Part shown: positions 9,451 through 18,234 of the stretch, piece by piece | Numbering within the stretch: position 1 is the first letter of the stretch | Layout of the letters: each line of letters starts with the position of its first letter | Origin: a virus | Virus record (IMG/VR): IMGVR_UViG_3300036792_000218 | Span: 28,370-92,369 of that record | Strand: one strand, 5' to 3' | DNA length: 64,000 nt | Notes under the pieces: generated by a model | Databases searched by the model: none | Told to the model about the DNA's origin: nothing | Seen by the model: only the letters and a program-made list of their open reading frames with translations | Made by a program: the position numbers and the translations under genes

Positions 9451-9497
9451 AGCGGGGCCCCTGGCTGCCTTCACCGGCGGCCAGGGGCCCCGCTTTT
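9451..9497 (+). terminator. Intrinsic terminator ending the late/lysis operon (possibly bidirectional)
   Basis: AGCGGGGCCCCTGGCTGCC-ttcacc-GGCGGCCAGGGGCCCCGCT-TTT between convergent operons. Confidence 0.8.
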
Positions 9498-9605
9498 CGC
9501 GTGCCGTGACACTGCGGTCACAGAGTGCGGTAGCGTTCCTGTGGGGGTTGTGCAGCGGCCAGGCACCCTGAGTTGACGGGACCTGGCCGCGTCCCCTCCG
9601 GGGCG

Positions 9606-10127
9606 TTACGGGGCGTGCTCTTCACCTCTGATGTGTGCCAGCGACTTGACCATGCTGACCAGCCAGTCCTCACGGATACGCCGGGGCGCGTCGCCGGTCT
9701 CGGGCCACAGCATGCCGTGCACCACACCGACGGCGGCGAAGCTGGCCAGGAGCCGCGCTTCCTCGTCGGTCCCCTCGACCTGGTGCACGACGTTGACCGG
9801 CGTCAGGCACGGGATGCTCCCGCCGCCCGACCCGTAGGCCTGCATCTTCTCGACGGTGTACGGCCCGTGCTCGGGGTTGAGCGCGAAGACGAACAGTTCG
9901 TGGGTCGCGCCGATGAACTGGCGGGCCGGCGGCTTGAAGCCGGGGATGCCGTCGCGGAGCCGCACCATGCCGAGCAGGTACTGAGCCCACAACGGGTGGG
10001 CGTGCGGTGCGGTGAGCAGCCACGAGCACACCGTCTCGGCCGACTCTGGGACGTCGGGCAGCGGGATAAGCCGGGCGCGCCCGTAGTGCCCCTTGAACTC
10101 CGTCTCGTCGCCGGTGATCTCAGGCAC
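9606..10127 (-). CDS. Hypothetical phage protein
   Basis: GC3 bias; overlaps the GH26 stop. Confidence 0.6.
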   Translation of the reverse strand: MPEITGDETEFKGHYGRARLIPLPDVPESAETVCSWLLTAPHAHPLWAQYLLGMVRLRDGIPGFKPPARQFIGATHELFVFALNPEHGPYTVEKMQAYGSGGGSIPCLTPVNVVHQVEGTDEEARLLASFAAVGVVHGMLWPETGDAPRRIREDWLVSMVKSLAHIRGEEHAP

Positions 10128-10980
10128 TCCCTGCCGCCTTCCTGAACGCGGCGAGCGCCGCCGGGTTGCCGTCGATGCTCCACTGCTTGTTGCCGGGCAA
10201 GTCGAACAGGACCACCGCCGCGAGGTGGCCAGCTTTTGCGCCGGCGAACAGGCCCCTGATCTTGGCTGCCTGCCCTGCGGCAGGTGCGGCCGCGGTTTCC
10301 GACAGGATCACCGGGCCGCCCCAGAACTTGCGCACCGCGGCGACCGTGGGCGCTATCCGGTTGCCGTAGGTCATGGACGCGGTGTCGAAATACCCATCGA
10401 GGCCGACCATGCCGACGTAGGCCTGCCCGGGCCACCAGTCGGCGGGCGCGCTGACACCGGGGCTCGCCACGTTCACGGTCCACAGCCAGGCCACGTTCGC
10501 CGCCCCGGCCTGCCGGAACAGCGTCACGACGTGCTGCCAGGCGTCGACGTAGAGCGCCGGGGTGACGTGCTTGTATCCCCACGTGTACCAGGGGCCGTTC
10601 ATTTCCGGGGCGAACCCGAGGATCAGCGGCTTGCCGTAGGCCTTCGCGTCCGCGGCGAGGTTGCGGAGCCGGTCGTCGTACTTCCCGGCGGCGACGCCGG
10701 CGAGCGGGGTGCGGCGCGGAAGGACCTGCACCAGCGGCTCGGCGGGGCCCGCGAACGCGACGGGCAGCGGGTCCCAGAGGGGAATGTAGTGCTCGACGAT
10801 CGCGGGCCGTACCCCGGTCGCGGTCACGAACGCCTGGTAGCTGGAATCAGCGGCGCCGACCAGGAGGTGACCCGGCCGCAGGGTCGAGGCCACCGGGCGC
10901 GGCGCGGCGGTCACGGCCGAGCAGGCGGCCAGCAGCGCGCACAAGGTGAGCACCGCCAGCGGGCGGCTGATCCTAGGCAT
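10120..10980 (-). CDS. GH26 glycoside hydrolase (beta-mannanase-like), lipoprotein
   Basis: GFAPEMNGPWY (acid/base Glu), WWPG..YV.MVGLDGY, ILSETA (nucleophile Glu); signal peptide with lipobox LAAC. Confidence 0.85.
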   Translation of the reverse strand: MPRISRPLAVLTLCALLAACSAVTAAPRPVASTLRPGHLLVGAADSSYQAFVTATGVRPAIVEHYIPLWDPLPVAFAGPAEPLVQVLPRRTPLAGVAAGKYDDRLRNLAADAKAYGKPLILGFAPEMNGPWYTWGYKHVTPALYVDAWQHVVTLFRQAGAANVAWLWTVNVASPGVSAPADWWPGQAYVGMVGLDGYFDTASMTYGNRIAPTVAAVRKFWGGPVILSETAAAPAAGQAAKIRGLFAGAKAGHLAAVVLFDLPGNKQWSIDGNPAALAAFRKAAGSA

Positions 10981-12655
10981 CCGGTTCCTCCATCGTGACC
11001 TCGATGTTCTGCCGTGTTCCCCATCCGGTCGTCCTGCACGTCGCCGCCCCGTACCAGCGCCAGGCGCGCAGGACGGTCAGGGACCAGAGCACGGCCAGCG
11101 GGGCGAGCGACCACGTGAGCAGCCGGGACCGCCATGTCTCGTCGGACCGGCTCACCGTCAGGTAGGGCAGGCCGAGGCCGTACCCGGCGATCGCCGGGAC
11201 GAGCAGGACCGACCACGACCAGTCGCCCCGCACCACGGCGGACACGAGGACGTCGGCGAACGCCCACGCGGAGACGGCCGACAGGACCCACCCGGCCAGG
11301 TGCCACCAGAACGCGTAGGACGACAGCGGCAGGTACCGGAACCGCCACCAGGAACGGATGAACGACCCGCGCATCCACCGGAGGTACTGGCGCTTGTGGT
11401 GGCTGAACGTCTCGGGCATCGCGGCGAACGCGAACGCGGACGGCTGGTGCACCGCCCGGCCTTTCAGGTAGGCGAGCAGCGTCAGCATCGAGTCGTCGCT
11501 GAACCCGACCGGCACCCCGAAGAACGTCTCCCCGAGGTACACCGGCAGCGCCTCCCGCACCGCGCCGGCACGGTAGGCGGCGATCGCCCCGGAGTTCACC
11601 AGGACCGACCGCATGACGCTCATGCCGCCGCGGACCATCAGCTGCGACGGCAGGTAGATCAGGTCCGTGAGGCGGGCGAGCAGCGTCGTCGTGTTGTTCG
11701 CGGCGAGGAACACCCCGGCGACGCTCATGACCCGCGGGTCGGCGAACGGGGCGATCAGCTCGGCGGCCGCGTGCTCGTCGAGCTCACTGTCGGAGTCGAC
11801 GGTGACGTACACGTCGGCGTCGGGAGACGCCTCGACCGCGGCGGCCTGGGCGTGCCGCTTGCCGGCGTGCTCAATGCGTATCCAGGTGAACCGGGTGCCC
11901 GCCAGTTCGGCTAGCCGCCCGAATTCGTGGCGCAGCAGCGAGTAGTCCGCCTTCGGGTCGTCGGACCCGTCGTCGACGACGATGACGTGATCGACGCGCC
12001 GTGACTGCCTCAGCATCGACATCAGGGACCGCCGCGCGATCGCGACGTCCTCGTTGTACAGGGGAACCGCGATTGTCAGGTTCAGCGTGTCGAGCACCGC
12101 CTGCCCGAGCGGGGTGACGCGGAACGGGCGGTCGACCGCGTAGAGGGTGACCTGCCAGGCCAGCGCGAGGAACGTCAGCGCGTACAGCTCGCCGAGCGGC
12201 GTCCCGTGACCGTCGAGGACCGCGCGGGCCGCGGCTAGGTGACGGGCGCCCCATGCGGCGGAGCCGGCCAGCAGGACGGCTGAGGCGAGGGCCTGCCTGA
12301 GCGGGTGGCGGGACGCTGAGCGGGCTACGGCACCAGTGCCGTCTTGCCCTGCCGCCACCCGAGCCTCACTGACGCCGCCCACGCGGCTACCGTGGCGGCG
12401 GCGATGCCGGGTCCTTCCAGCATGGCCAGGCAGTGGGTTACCAGGTGCATCGGGGGTCCTTTCCATTACGGCTGTTCGGGGGTAGACGGTGGCGGGCGAG
12501 GTGCCCGCCACCTGTCTCATCGGGAGCGTCGGCACCTTCGGGATTGCCTCGGTGAGCGCTGCCGCTGCCTGCTTGGCCGCGATGCCGTTGAGGACGTCGA
12601 GCGCTGAGAACTGGGCGCCGGTGTCGGGGCCGGTGCGCGTGGCCGGGAGGGTCAC
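10973..12655 (-). CDS. Processive GT2 polysaccharide synthase (hyaluronan/chitin-oligomer/NodC-like)
   Basis: VPLYNED, VVDDGS, GKRHA, TVDSDS, NSGAIAAYR, FSDDSMLT, QYLRWMRGS (D,D,D,QxxRW); N- and C-terminal TMs; GTG overlaps the xis stop. Confidence 0.9.
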   Translation of the reverse strand: MTLPATRTGPDTGAQFSALDVLNGIAAKQAAAALTEAIPKVPTLPMRQVAGTSPATVYPRTAVMERTPDAPGNPLPGHAGRTRHRRRHGSRVGGVSEARVAAGQDGTGAVARSASRHPLRQALASAVLLAGSAAWGARHLAAARAVLDGHGTPLGELYALTFLALAWQVTLYAVDRPFRVTPLGQAVLDTLNLTIAVPLYNEDVAIARRSLMSMLRQSRRVDHVIVVDDGSDDPKADYSLLRHEFGRLAELAGTRFTWIRIEHAGKRHAQAAAVEASPDADVYVTVDSDSELDEHAAAELIAPFADPRVMSVAGVFLAANNTTTLLARLTDLIYLPSQLMVRGGMSVMRSVLVNSGAIAAYRAGAVREALPVYLGETFFGVPVGFSDDSMLTLLAYLKGRAVHQPSAFAFAAMPETFSHHKRQYLRWMRGSFIRSWWRFRYLPLSSYAFWWHLAGWVLSAVSAWAFADVLVSAVVRGDWSWSVLLVPAIAGYGLGLPYLTVSRSDETWRSRLLTWSLAPLAVLWSLTVLRAWRWYGAATCRTTGWGTRQNIEVTMEEPDA

Positions 12656-12876
12656 GCCGCGACCTCGTAGCCGAGGGACCGCATCAGGTCGGCCTTGGCG
12701 ACGGTCAGCCGCCCGCGTCCCACGCCGTCCCGGTGCACAGGGAAAGGGAACCCGTCCGACTTCGCCAGCTCGTACGACTTGCGCCGGCCGTGCCCCCACG
12801 CCTTACCCGCGGTCACTACATCGACCGTGACGGGCAGCGCCTGTAGCTCTTCCAGGGTGAGCCTCTGAACTGCCAT
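12652..12876 (-). CDS. xis: Excisionase/recombination directionality factor-like DNA-binding protein
   Basis: LPVTVDVVTAGKAWGHGRRKSYELAK..FPFPV winged HTH; divergent from the integrase. Confidence 0.7.
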   Translation of the reverse strand: MAVQRLTLEELQALPVTVDVVTAGKAWGHGRRKSYELAKSDGFPFPVHRDGVGRGRLTVAKADLMRSLGYEVAA

Positions 12877-12912
12877 GCACGTTCCCCTCCGTGATGCCGC
12901 TGAATGGTCACA

Positions 12913-12948
12913 CGTGATAACGCGTTTCTAGTGCGTGATGACGCGTTT
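12913..12948. promoter_or_regulatory. Tandem operator-like repeats CGTGAT(A/G)ACGCGTTT between xis and int
   Basis: Two 15-bp copies at 12913 and 12934 (21-bp period); similar motifs at 42440 and 42544. Confidence 0.55.
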
Positions 12949-13039
12949 TAACGTACACCAGAATCCCCGCTAGTTGCCGCCTGTCACCGCTAGTCCGCGT
13001 TCGTGTCCCCGCGTGCCCCGCTGCGGTTACCTTGGATTC

Positions 13040-14527
13040 ATGAAGGGCAGCGTTTACCGGCAGTGCTTCTGCCGTGACCCTCAGACGAAGCGGCGCTACA
13101 GGCGCGGCAAGTGCCCCGACTGGGGCAAGCGCAGCCACGGCAGGTGGTACTTCAAGTACGACGCCCCGGCCGCTCCGGGCGAGAGCCGGCGGCGTCCCGA
13201 GACCGGCCCGTTCGGCACCAAGAAGGAAGCCGATGAAAAGCTGGCCAAGGCGCTCGCCGAGGCGGGGACGGGCGTCGCCCTGGCCGACCGCTCGCTGAAG
13301 GTCGGCCCCTACCTGCTCGCCTACCAGGCGGGCAAGCGGAACCTGAAGGACAGCACCCGCGCGACCGACGACGAGGCGTTCCGCCTGTACTGGATTCCCG
13401 CGCTCGGGTCACTGCGGCTGGCCGAGCTGCGGGACCACCACGTCGGCCAGGTCCTCACCGCCATGAGCCAGGTGAACCGGCCGCTGCCCGACGGCGGGGA
13501 GCCGTCGGAGATGCTTCGCCGCATGACCGCCGCGCGTGCCGACGACGAGCGGCGCGAGCTGCCCGCCGGCGAGAAGCGGCACAAGAAGTCCGCCAAACCG
13601 CTGTCGCCGGCGCGGGTCGAGCGGATGTTCGCCCCGTTCCGGGCCGCGATGAACGCCGCGGTGAGGACGAAGAAGATCGGGCTCAGCCCGTGCACCGGTG
13701 TCGAGCTCGAACGGGCGCGCAAGGAGCTGGCGCTGGCCTGGACGCCCGCCCGTGAGGCGAAGTTCCGCGCCCAGCTGGCGAAGCGGGTCACGGCGGCTGA
13801 GAAGGCCGCCCCGGCGGGCCGGGTGGTGACGACGGTCCAGCGGCAGGCGCTGTGGGCGGCGAGGGACCTGCGGCCCGGCAAGGTCATGGTGTGGCTGCCG
13901 GCGCACGCCGGCACCTTCCTCGACTACGTCGACGTCGCGCGGGAACGGCTCGCGGCGCTGTTCGCGGTGGCGTGCTACTGCGGTCTGCGCCGCGACGAGA
14001 TCACCGGCCTGAGGTGGGCTGAGGTCGACGTCGGCGAGGGCGTGATCTGGGTGCGGGAAACCGGGTCGGGCAGCGGGCCGAAGTCGAACGCGGGCACGCG
14101 GCCCGTCCCGATGGCGGCGGTCGTCAGGGACGCGCTGGCGGCGTGGGCCGAGGTGCAGGACCTCGAGCGGAGCGTCCGCGCGTCGGAGTGGCCTGATACC
14201 GACCTGGTGTTCACGCACGAGACGGGGCTGCCGCTGAGCGGCCAGTGGGTGAGTACCCGGTTCGAGGTGCTGGCGTACCGGTCGGGTATGCCGCCGGTGC
14301 GGTTCCATGACCTGCGGCACGGCACCGCGTCGATCTTGAAGGCGTCGGGGGCTGATTCGAAGATGATCGCCGCGGTGCTCGGGCACGCCCGGTCGGACTT
14401 CACTGACCGGGTGTACGTGACGCTGTTCCCCGAGGTCCAGGCGGCGGCTGCGGAGGCCGCCGCCGCGGTGGTGCCGCGCAAGAGCCGCATGCCGGGCGAA
14501 AGCACGCCGGGCGGGTCTGCGGTCTGA
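13040..14527 (+). CDS. int: Tyrosine integrase
   Basis: GLRRDEITGLRW (R), FHDLRH (HxxR), LGH, VYV (Tyr); N-terminal arm-binding region GSVYRQCFC..GRWYF..FGTKKEA. Confidence 0.95.
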   Translation: MKGSVYRQCFCRDPQTKRRYRRGKCPDWGKRSHGRWYFKYDAPAAPGESRRRPETGPFGTKKEADEKLAKALAEAGTGVALADRSLKVGPYLLAYQAGKRNLKDSTRATDDEAFRLYWIPALGSLRLAELRDHHVGQVLTAMSQVNRPLPDGGEPSEMLRRMTAARADDERRELPAGEKRHKKSAKPLSPARVERMFAPFRAAMNAAVRTKKIGLSPCTGVELERARKELALAWTPAREAKFRAQLAKRVTAAEKAAPAGRVVTTVQRQALWAARDLRPGKVMVWLPAHAGTFLDYVDVARERLAALFAVACYCGLRRDEITGLRWAEVDVGEGVIWVRETGSGSGPKSNAGTRPVPMAAVVRDALAAWAEVQDLERSVRASEWPDTDLVFTHETGLPLSGQWVSTRFEVLAYRSGMPPVRFHDLRHGTASILKASGADSKMIAAVLGHARSDFTDRVYVTLFPEVQAAAAEAAAAVVPRKSRMPGESTPGGSAV

Positions 14528-14657
14528 CCAGAGTCTGACCGCACTCGCGAGCACCGGGGGGTCCGGGCGGATACTGGGGGACACGCGGTCAGGCCGCTGA
14601 CCTGGTATCGGGTCATCCGGGGTCACGCGCGGAAACACCGGATCACGGGCCGTATCA

Positions 14658-14716
14658 CACTGCTAATGCGGTTTGGGAGTGATCCCATCCGGGGTTCAAA
14701 TCCCCGATCCTCCGCC
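14658..14716 (+). other. attP core: 3' part of tRNA-Ser(GCT) (anticodon loop to acceptor strand), not a complete tRNA
   Basis: CACTGCTAATGCGG anticodon loop, long variable arm TGGGA-GTGA-TCCCA, T-arm CGGGG-TTCAAAT-CCCCG, ..TCCTCCG; no 5' half upstream. Confidence 0.85.
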
Positions 14717-14728
14717 CCCCGAACAGCA

Positions 14729-14771
14729 GAAACTCCCCGGCACCCGATTCATTGAGGTGCCAGGGAGTTCC
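14729..14771 (+). terminator. Hairpin downstream of the tRNA fragment (replacement terminator for the host tRNA after integration)
   Basis: GAAACTCCCCGGCACC...GGTGCCAGGGAGTTCC. Confidence 0.55.
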
Positions 14772-14829
14772 GTTTAGGGGCCAGGTCTGACCAAAGTCTG
14801 ACCGTCGGTGCAAACGGTCTGACGGATGG

Positions 14830-15153
14830 TCAGACCACCGGCACCGCGCCGGGGAACCGCAACAGCCGGCCCGTGCCAATGACCCGGACCACCGACGGGC
14901 ACCGGCCGCCGTCGTGCGCGCAGCGCCCGCAGGGCCACCACGTCGCCTCGGGGTCTTCGAGGTGGCCGTCACAGAACACGTTGCCGGTCCAATGCTCATG
15001 CACGCACATGTACTCGACCCGGCGGGGTTCGCCGCGGTGCGGCTTGCCGTTCTCGTAGAGGCAGTCACCCGGAGGCAAGGCGCGCCAGGCCGCCGGGTCT
15101 TCCCCCTCCTCGTCTTCGTCGCCGGGTCCGTGGCACGTCATCTCCGTAATCAC
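14830..15153 (-). CDS. Cys/His-rich hypothetical protein
   Basis: GTGA overlap with the resolvase stop; CVHEH, FCDGH, CGRC. Confidence 0.5.
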   Translation of the reverse strand: MITEMTCHGPGDEDEEGEDPAAWRALPPGDCLYENGKPHRGEPRRVEYMCVHEHWTGNVFCDGHLEDPEATWWPCGRCAHDGGRCPSVVRVIGTGRLLRFPGAVPVV

Positions 15154-15719
15154 TGGCCGCGCACCGCCTCGGGTTCGAGCGCCCGGTAGATGGTCTGACG
15201 GGAGACGCCTAGCAGCGCGGCGATCTCGGAGACCGGCGTCTTGGCGTCGTAGAGCTGGCGGGCGTGGGCCCGCTTCGCGTCGGTCATCTTCGACTTGCGT
15301 CCGCCGGTGCGGCCGCGGGCCCGCGCCGCGGCGAGGCCTTCGTGAGTGCCCTCCACGATCAGCTCGCGCAGCCACTCGTCGATCGCGGCGAGGATGTGGA
15401 AGACCAGGCGGCCGGTCGCGGTGGTCGTGTCGATGTCCTGCTTGAGTACCACCAGGCCGATTCCGCGCGCCTGGAGCTGCTTGGCGATCGCGAGCAGGTC
15501 GGCCAGCGACCGCATCGCGCGGGACAGCCTGGTAATCACCAGGGCGTCGCCTTCGCGGAGGTACGCCATGCAGGCGTCGAGCTCGGGCCGGCTGGCGTGC
15601 TTGCCGCTGACCCCGTGGTCGATGAAGATCCGTTCGCAGCCGTAGGCGTTCAGTTCGTCGACCTGGCTGTCGTCGCTCTGGCCGCGGGTGCTTACGCGCG
15701 CGTAGCCGATGTTGGCCAT
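15150..15719 (-). CDS. Small serine recombinase (resolvase/invertase) with C-terminal HTH
   Basis: IGYARVST catalytic Ser, SGKHASRPEL, RLSRAMRS, GRTGGRK, IAALLGVSRQTIYR. Confidence 0.95.
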   Translation of the reverse strand: MANIGYARVSTRGQSDDSQVDELNAYGCERIFIDHGVSGKHASRPELDACMAYLREGDALVITRLSRAMRSLADLLAIAKQLQARGIGLVVLKQDIDTTTATGRLVFHILAAIDEWLRELIVEGTHEGLAAARARGRTGGRKSKMTDAKRAHARQLYDAKTPVSEIAALLGVSRQTIYRALEPEAVRGQ

Positions 15720-15769
15720 AAAGGACTGCCCCCCGTTCGCGGCCTGCCCCGGTGGCACGGCCGCCACTT

Positions 15770-15890
15770 AACCGTAACGCAAACGGTGGTCGTGGAACGT
15801 AGATTCCGGACGCGAGTTTCGGACACTTGTTAACAGGCACGATGCCGACCGGGCGGGGTGCGTCCGTAAACGGTCGTTTGCGGTACACGG
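15770..15890. promoter_or_regulatory. Putative res site (three palindromic subsites) upstream of the resolvase
   Basis: ACCGTAACGCAAACGGT, TCCGGACGCGAGTTTCGGACA, GTCCGTAAACGGTCGTTTGCGGTAC; lower GC. Confidence 0.5.
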
Positions 15891-15926
15891 CTCACAGGCC
15901 GTCCGGTTCAGGTCTGCCCGGTACGG

Positions 15927-16298
15927 TCAGCGCACGACCACGGAAGGATCCTGCCCGCTCGCCGCCTGTGTCTCCCCGGTCAGGTCACTGGTCAGATGCC
16001 AGAAGCCGCAGCCGGGGCATTCATAGGGCCGGAGCTCGACGCCGCGCTGAGCCTTGATATGCCCGGCCATCTGCCGGGCCCGCTCGGACGTAGGGTAGCT
16101 GCCGCTTTTGTTGTTCCGGGCGCATACCGCCGCCGCAGCCGCCGCGTGCCGTGCCTCTCTCCTGTGACGGTTCTGCTGGCTTCGTTTCCGGCAGGTCTTT
16201 GAGCAGTAGAGCGCCGGCTTGTCGCATAGCCAGAAGGAATCATCCTCGGTGTCGACGCAGAACACGGTGCCGCAGCGCTTGCAGACCATGAGTTCCAA
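15927..16298 (-). CDS. Zn-finger hypothetical protein
   Basis: CKRC, YCSKTCRK, RPYECPGCGFWHLTS. Confidence 0.6.
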   Translation of the reverse strand: MELMVCKRCGTVFCVDTEDDSFWLCDKPALYCSKTCRKRSQQNRHRREARHAAAAAAVCARNNKSGSYPTSERARQMAGHIKAQRGVELRPYECPGCGFWHLTSDLTGETQAASGQDPSVVVR

Positions 16299-16487
16299 TC
16301 TAGGAGGTCGGGGCCGGTAACGTCAGCGACATGCGAGCTAGCGGCTAGTGAGCAAGCTAGCTGGCATGTGCGCGGGTATGGGGCGGCCCCGGCCCGCCTG
16401 GCACCAGCGAACAGGGCGTTTCACGCAGAGTCGCACGCATGATCACTTTCCGTGCCCGGCCGCCCGGCCGGGGCGTACGGTCAGCGC

Positions 16488-16742
16488 ATGAACTCTGGAA
16501 ACACTCCTGACCTGCCCGCATCCGGCACCGTGCTCAGGTCCCTGGGTGACGCGGCGGTCGCGATGCTGCTGGCCTGCCGTGGCGCCCTCGCCGCCGAGGC
16601 CGGCCTGTCCGAGGACCGGATCGCGTTCGTGATCCCGGCGACGGCGCTGCCCGGTGTCGCGTGGCTGTACGGGTCACGGGTCGTCCGCGCGGACATCACC
16701 GGGCCGATGGTCGCGCTGTCCATGCCCACGCTGCCCGGCTAG
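16488..16742 (+). CDS. Hypothetical protein
   Basis: Isolated + strand ORF convergent with 16749. Confidence 0.4.
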   Translation: MNSGNTPDLPASGTVLRSLGDAAVAMLLACRGALAAEAGLSEDRIAFVIPATALPGVAWLYGSRVVRADITGPMVALSMPTLPG

Positions 16743-16748
16743 GCGGGG

Positions 16749-16922
16749 TCACTCGTCGCCTGCAGCCAGCCGGATCGCCTTTTCGTCCCACGCCCCACGG
16801 GTAGCGCTACCGGGCTCGAAACGGGACGCGTACCGGGCCAGCCCGGCAGCCGCCTCCGCCTTCGGGACTTCCCGCATTACGCCGGCGTCGACGTCGTACA
16901 CCGTCACCAGGTCGCCGCTCAT
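16749..16922 (-). CDS. Hypothetical protein
   Basis: ATGA overlap. Confidence 0.5.
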   Translation of the reverse strand: MSGDLVTVYDVDAGVMREVPKAEAAAGLARYASRFEPGSATRGAWDEKAIRLAAGDE

Positions 16923-17389
16923 GACGTGGCACCGGGCAGGAGCGCGGGCATCACGCCGCGCCCGTAGACCGCGGCGAGCTGCGGTGCGGCCCACTCGCCG
17001 ACCGTGGAGCCGTCGGGGAGGACGACGGAGTCAAGGAACTCGCGCTCGACCGTGGAGATCCCGGCCTCAACCGCTTCGAGTTTGGCCTTGACGACCAGGG
17101 CGAGGGCGCGCCACCGCTGGCGGGTTCCCTGCTCGTAGGCGACTTGGGCGGATGCCGCCGAACGGGTCTTGCCGGTCGGGGTGCGGGTGAACTCCGGGTC
17201 GCCTGGGTTCGGCATGGGTAGCCGGAACCGGATGTGCCGGTCGGCGAGCTTGAACGCGATCGAGGCGGTCGCGTCGTCGTCGTCCCACGCGTAAGCGAAC
17301 GCCTTGGCGCCGTAGCGCCGTAGCGTCCGCTCGATCTCCGCGCGTGACTTCTCGCTGGACACTTCGGTGCCCTGGGCGTAGGTGCTCAT
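16919..17389 (-). CDS. Conserved phage hypothetical protein
   Basis: YA..T.VS.EKSRAEIE..L.RYGA...RQRWRAL.LV.KAKLEAVE.GI...E.EFL pattern recalled from many phages. Confidence 0.7.
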   Translation of the reverse strand: MSTYAQGTEVSSEKSRAEIERTLRRYGAKAFAYAWDDDDATASIAFKLADRHIRFRLPMPNPGDPEFTRTPTGKTRSAASAQVAYEQGTRQRWRALALVVKAKLEAVEAGISTVEREFLDSVVLPDGSTVGEWAAPQLAAVYGRGVMPALLPGATS

Positions 17390-17616
17390 TCGGCTTCCTC
17401 TTTCGGCTGCTCGGTTGAGGTCGTGCCCGCGCCGTCCTCGAGCGCGACGGTCAGGTACAGGCGGTCACCGTCGTAGGCGTCGGGCCCGGTGACTACGCGC
17501 ACGCCCGGCATGCTGGTCAACTGGCTGGCCAGGTCCCCGGCTGACCCGCCTTGGAGTCGTACGCGGACGACGCCGGGCGGTAGCGGGGCGAACGTCCGGC
17601 CGCGACGGTCAGCCAT
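17386..17616 (-). CDS. Hypothetical protein
   Basis: Coupled ORF. Confidence 0.5.
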   Translation of the reverse strand: MADRRGRTFAPLPPGVVRVRLQGGSAGDLASQLTSMPGVRVVTGPDAYDGDRLYLTVALEDGAGTTSTEQPKEEAE

Positions 17617-18049
17617 CGCCGTCATCCGCGCACTCCCAGCACAGTCCGTCCTCGCCCGTCGGCTCGGCATGGCAGTTCGGGCACAGAGGGGTGCGCTCGC
17701 CGGGGGTTCCGACCTGCCGCCAGTCAAGCGCGGGCTTGTGGCCGGCGCTGGCCGCGTTGACTGCGCGGCCGTCGCCGGTGAAGTGGGACCAGCCCGCCAT
17801 CAGGTCCAGGATCGGCTCACCGCAGACGGTGCAGTACGCTTCCGTCTTTTCCATGGCGGCCAGTGCTTCGAGCGCGGCGGCAAGGCTGACGGCTGCGGCT
17901 TCGAGGTCGGCCTTGGCGCCGTCCCAGCGGTCGGCGGGCGCGGTGGCCCGGACAGCGCCCCACATGCCCGCCCGCGCGAGGCCGACCTTGGAAGCGAGCT
18001 CGTCGAGGTGGGCCATCACGTCTTTGACGGACGGCTTGTCAGCGGTCAC
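17609..18049 (-). CDS. Hypothetical Zn-binding protein
   Basis: CTVC..H, CPNC..CWEC; coupled. Confidence 0.55.
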   Translation of the reverse strand: MTADKPSVKDVMAHLDELASKVGLARAGMWGAVRATAPADRWDGAKADLEAAAVSLAAALEALAAMEKTEAYCTVCGEPILDLMAGWSHFTGDGRAVNAASAGHKPALDWRQVGTPGERTPLCPNCHAEPTGEDGLCWECADDGDG

Positions 18050-18234
18050 CGCCGGCTCCTGCGGCGGTGGTTCCCGCCGACCGGGCCTGACTCGCGGAGC
18101 GACAGCGGGCCGAGGCGGACGGTGCCCGACTGCCAGGCGCGGCCCCGGCCGATCGGGACGGACTGGCGGAAGCGGAAGCGGAACGGGCCGATGCGGAATG
18201 ACTCCGACTCCGACAGGCGGAACCTGATCCTCAT
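18046..18234 (-). CDS. Small basic protein (DUF4236-like)
   Basis: RFR..SFRIGPFRF..S repeats. Confidence 0.45.
   Translation of the reverse strand: MRIRFRLSESESFRIGPFRFRFRQSVPIGRGRAWQSGTVRLGPLSLRESGPVGGNHRRRSRR

Larger units (their letters stand above)
14521..14836. other. attP: attP region with integrase arm-type repeats GGTCTGACC
   Basis: GGTCTGACCAGAGTCTGACC (14521-14540), GGTCTGACCAAAGTCTGACC (14784-14803), GGTCTGACGG (14816) and inverted TGGTCAGACC (14827) flank the tRNA fragment. Confidence 0.8.

Noticed and set aside
7825-9474. Long antisense/shadow ORFs (7825..9474-, 13409..14638-, 50023..52116-, 736..1842+ and similar)
   Set aside because: They overlap well-supported genes and are Arg/Pro/Gly-rich without motifs, as expected from stop-codon scarcity in high-GC DNA.
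14658-14716. Functional tRNA-Ser gene
   Set aside because: The 5' acceptor strand and D-arm are absent upstream and the anticodon stem is incomplete; arm-type repeats flank it, so it is better explained as the attP core.
15150-15719. Tail-fibre invertase (Gin/Cin-like) system
   Set aside because: Both fibre genes are in the same orientation about 10 kb away, and I saw no inverted crossover sites around them.
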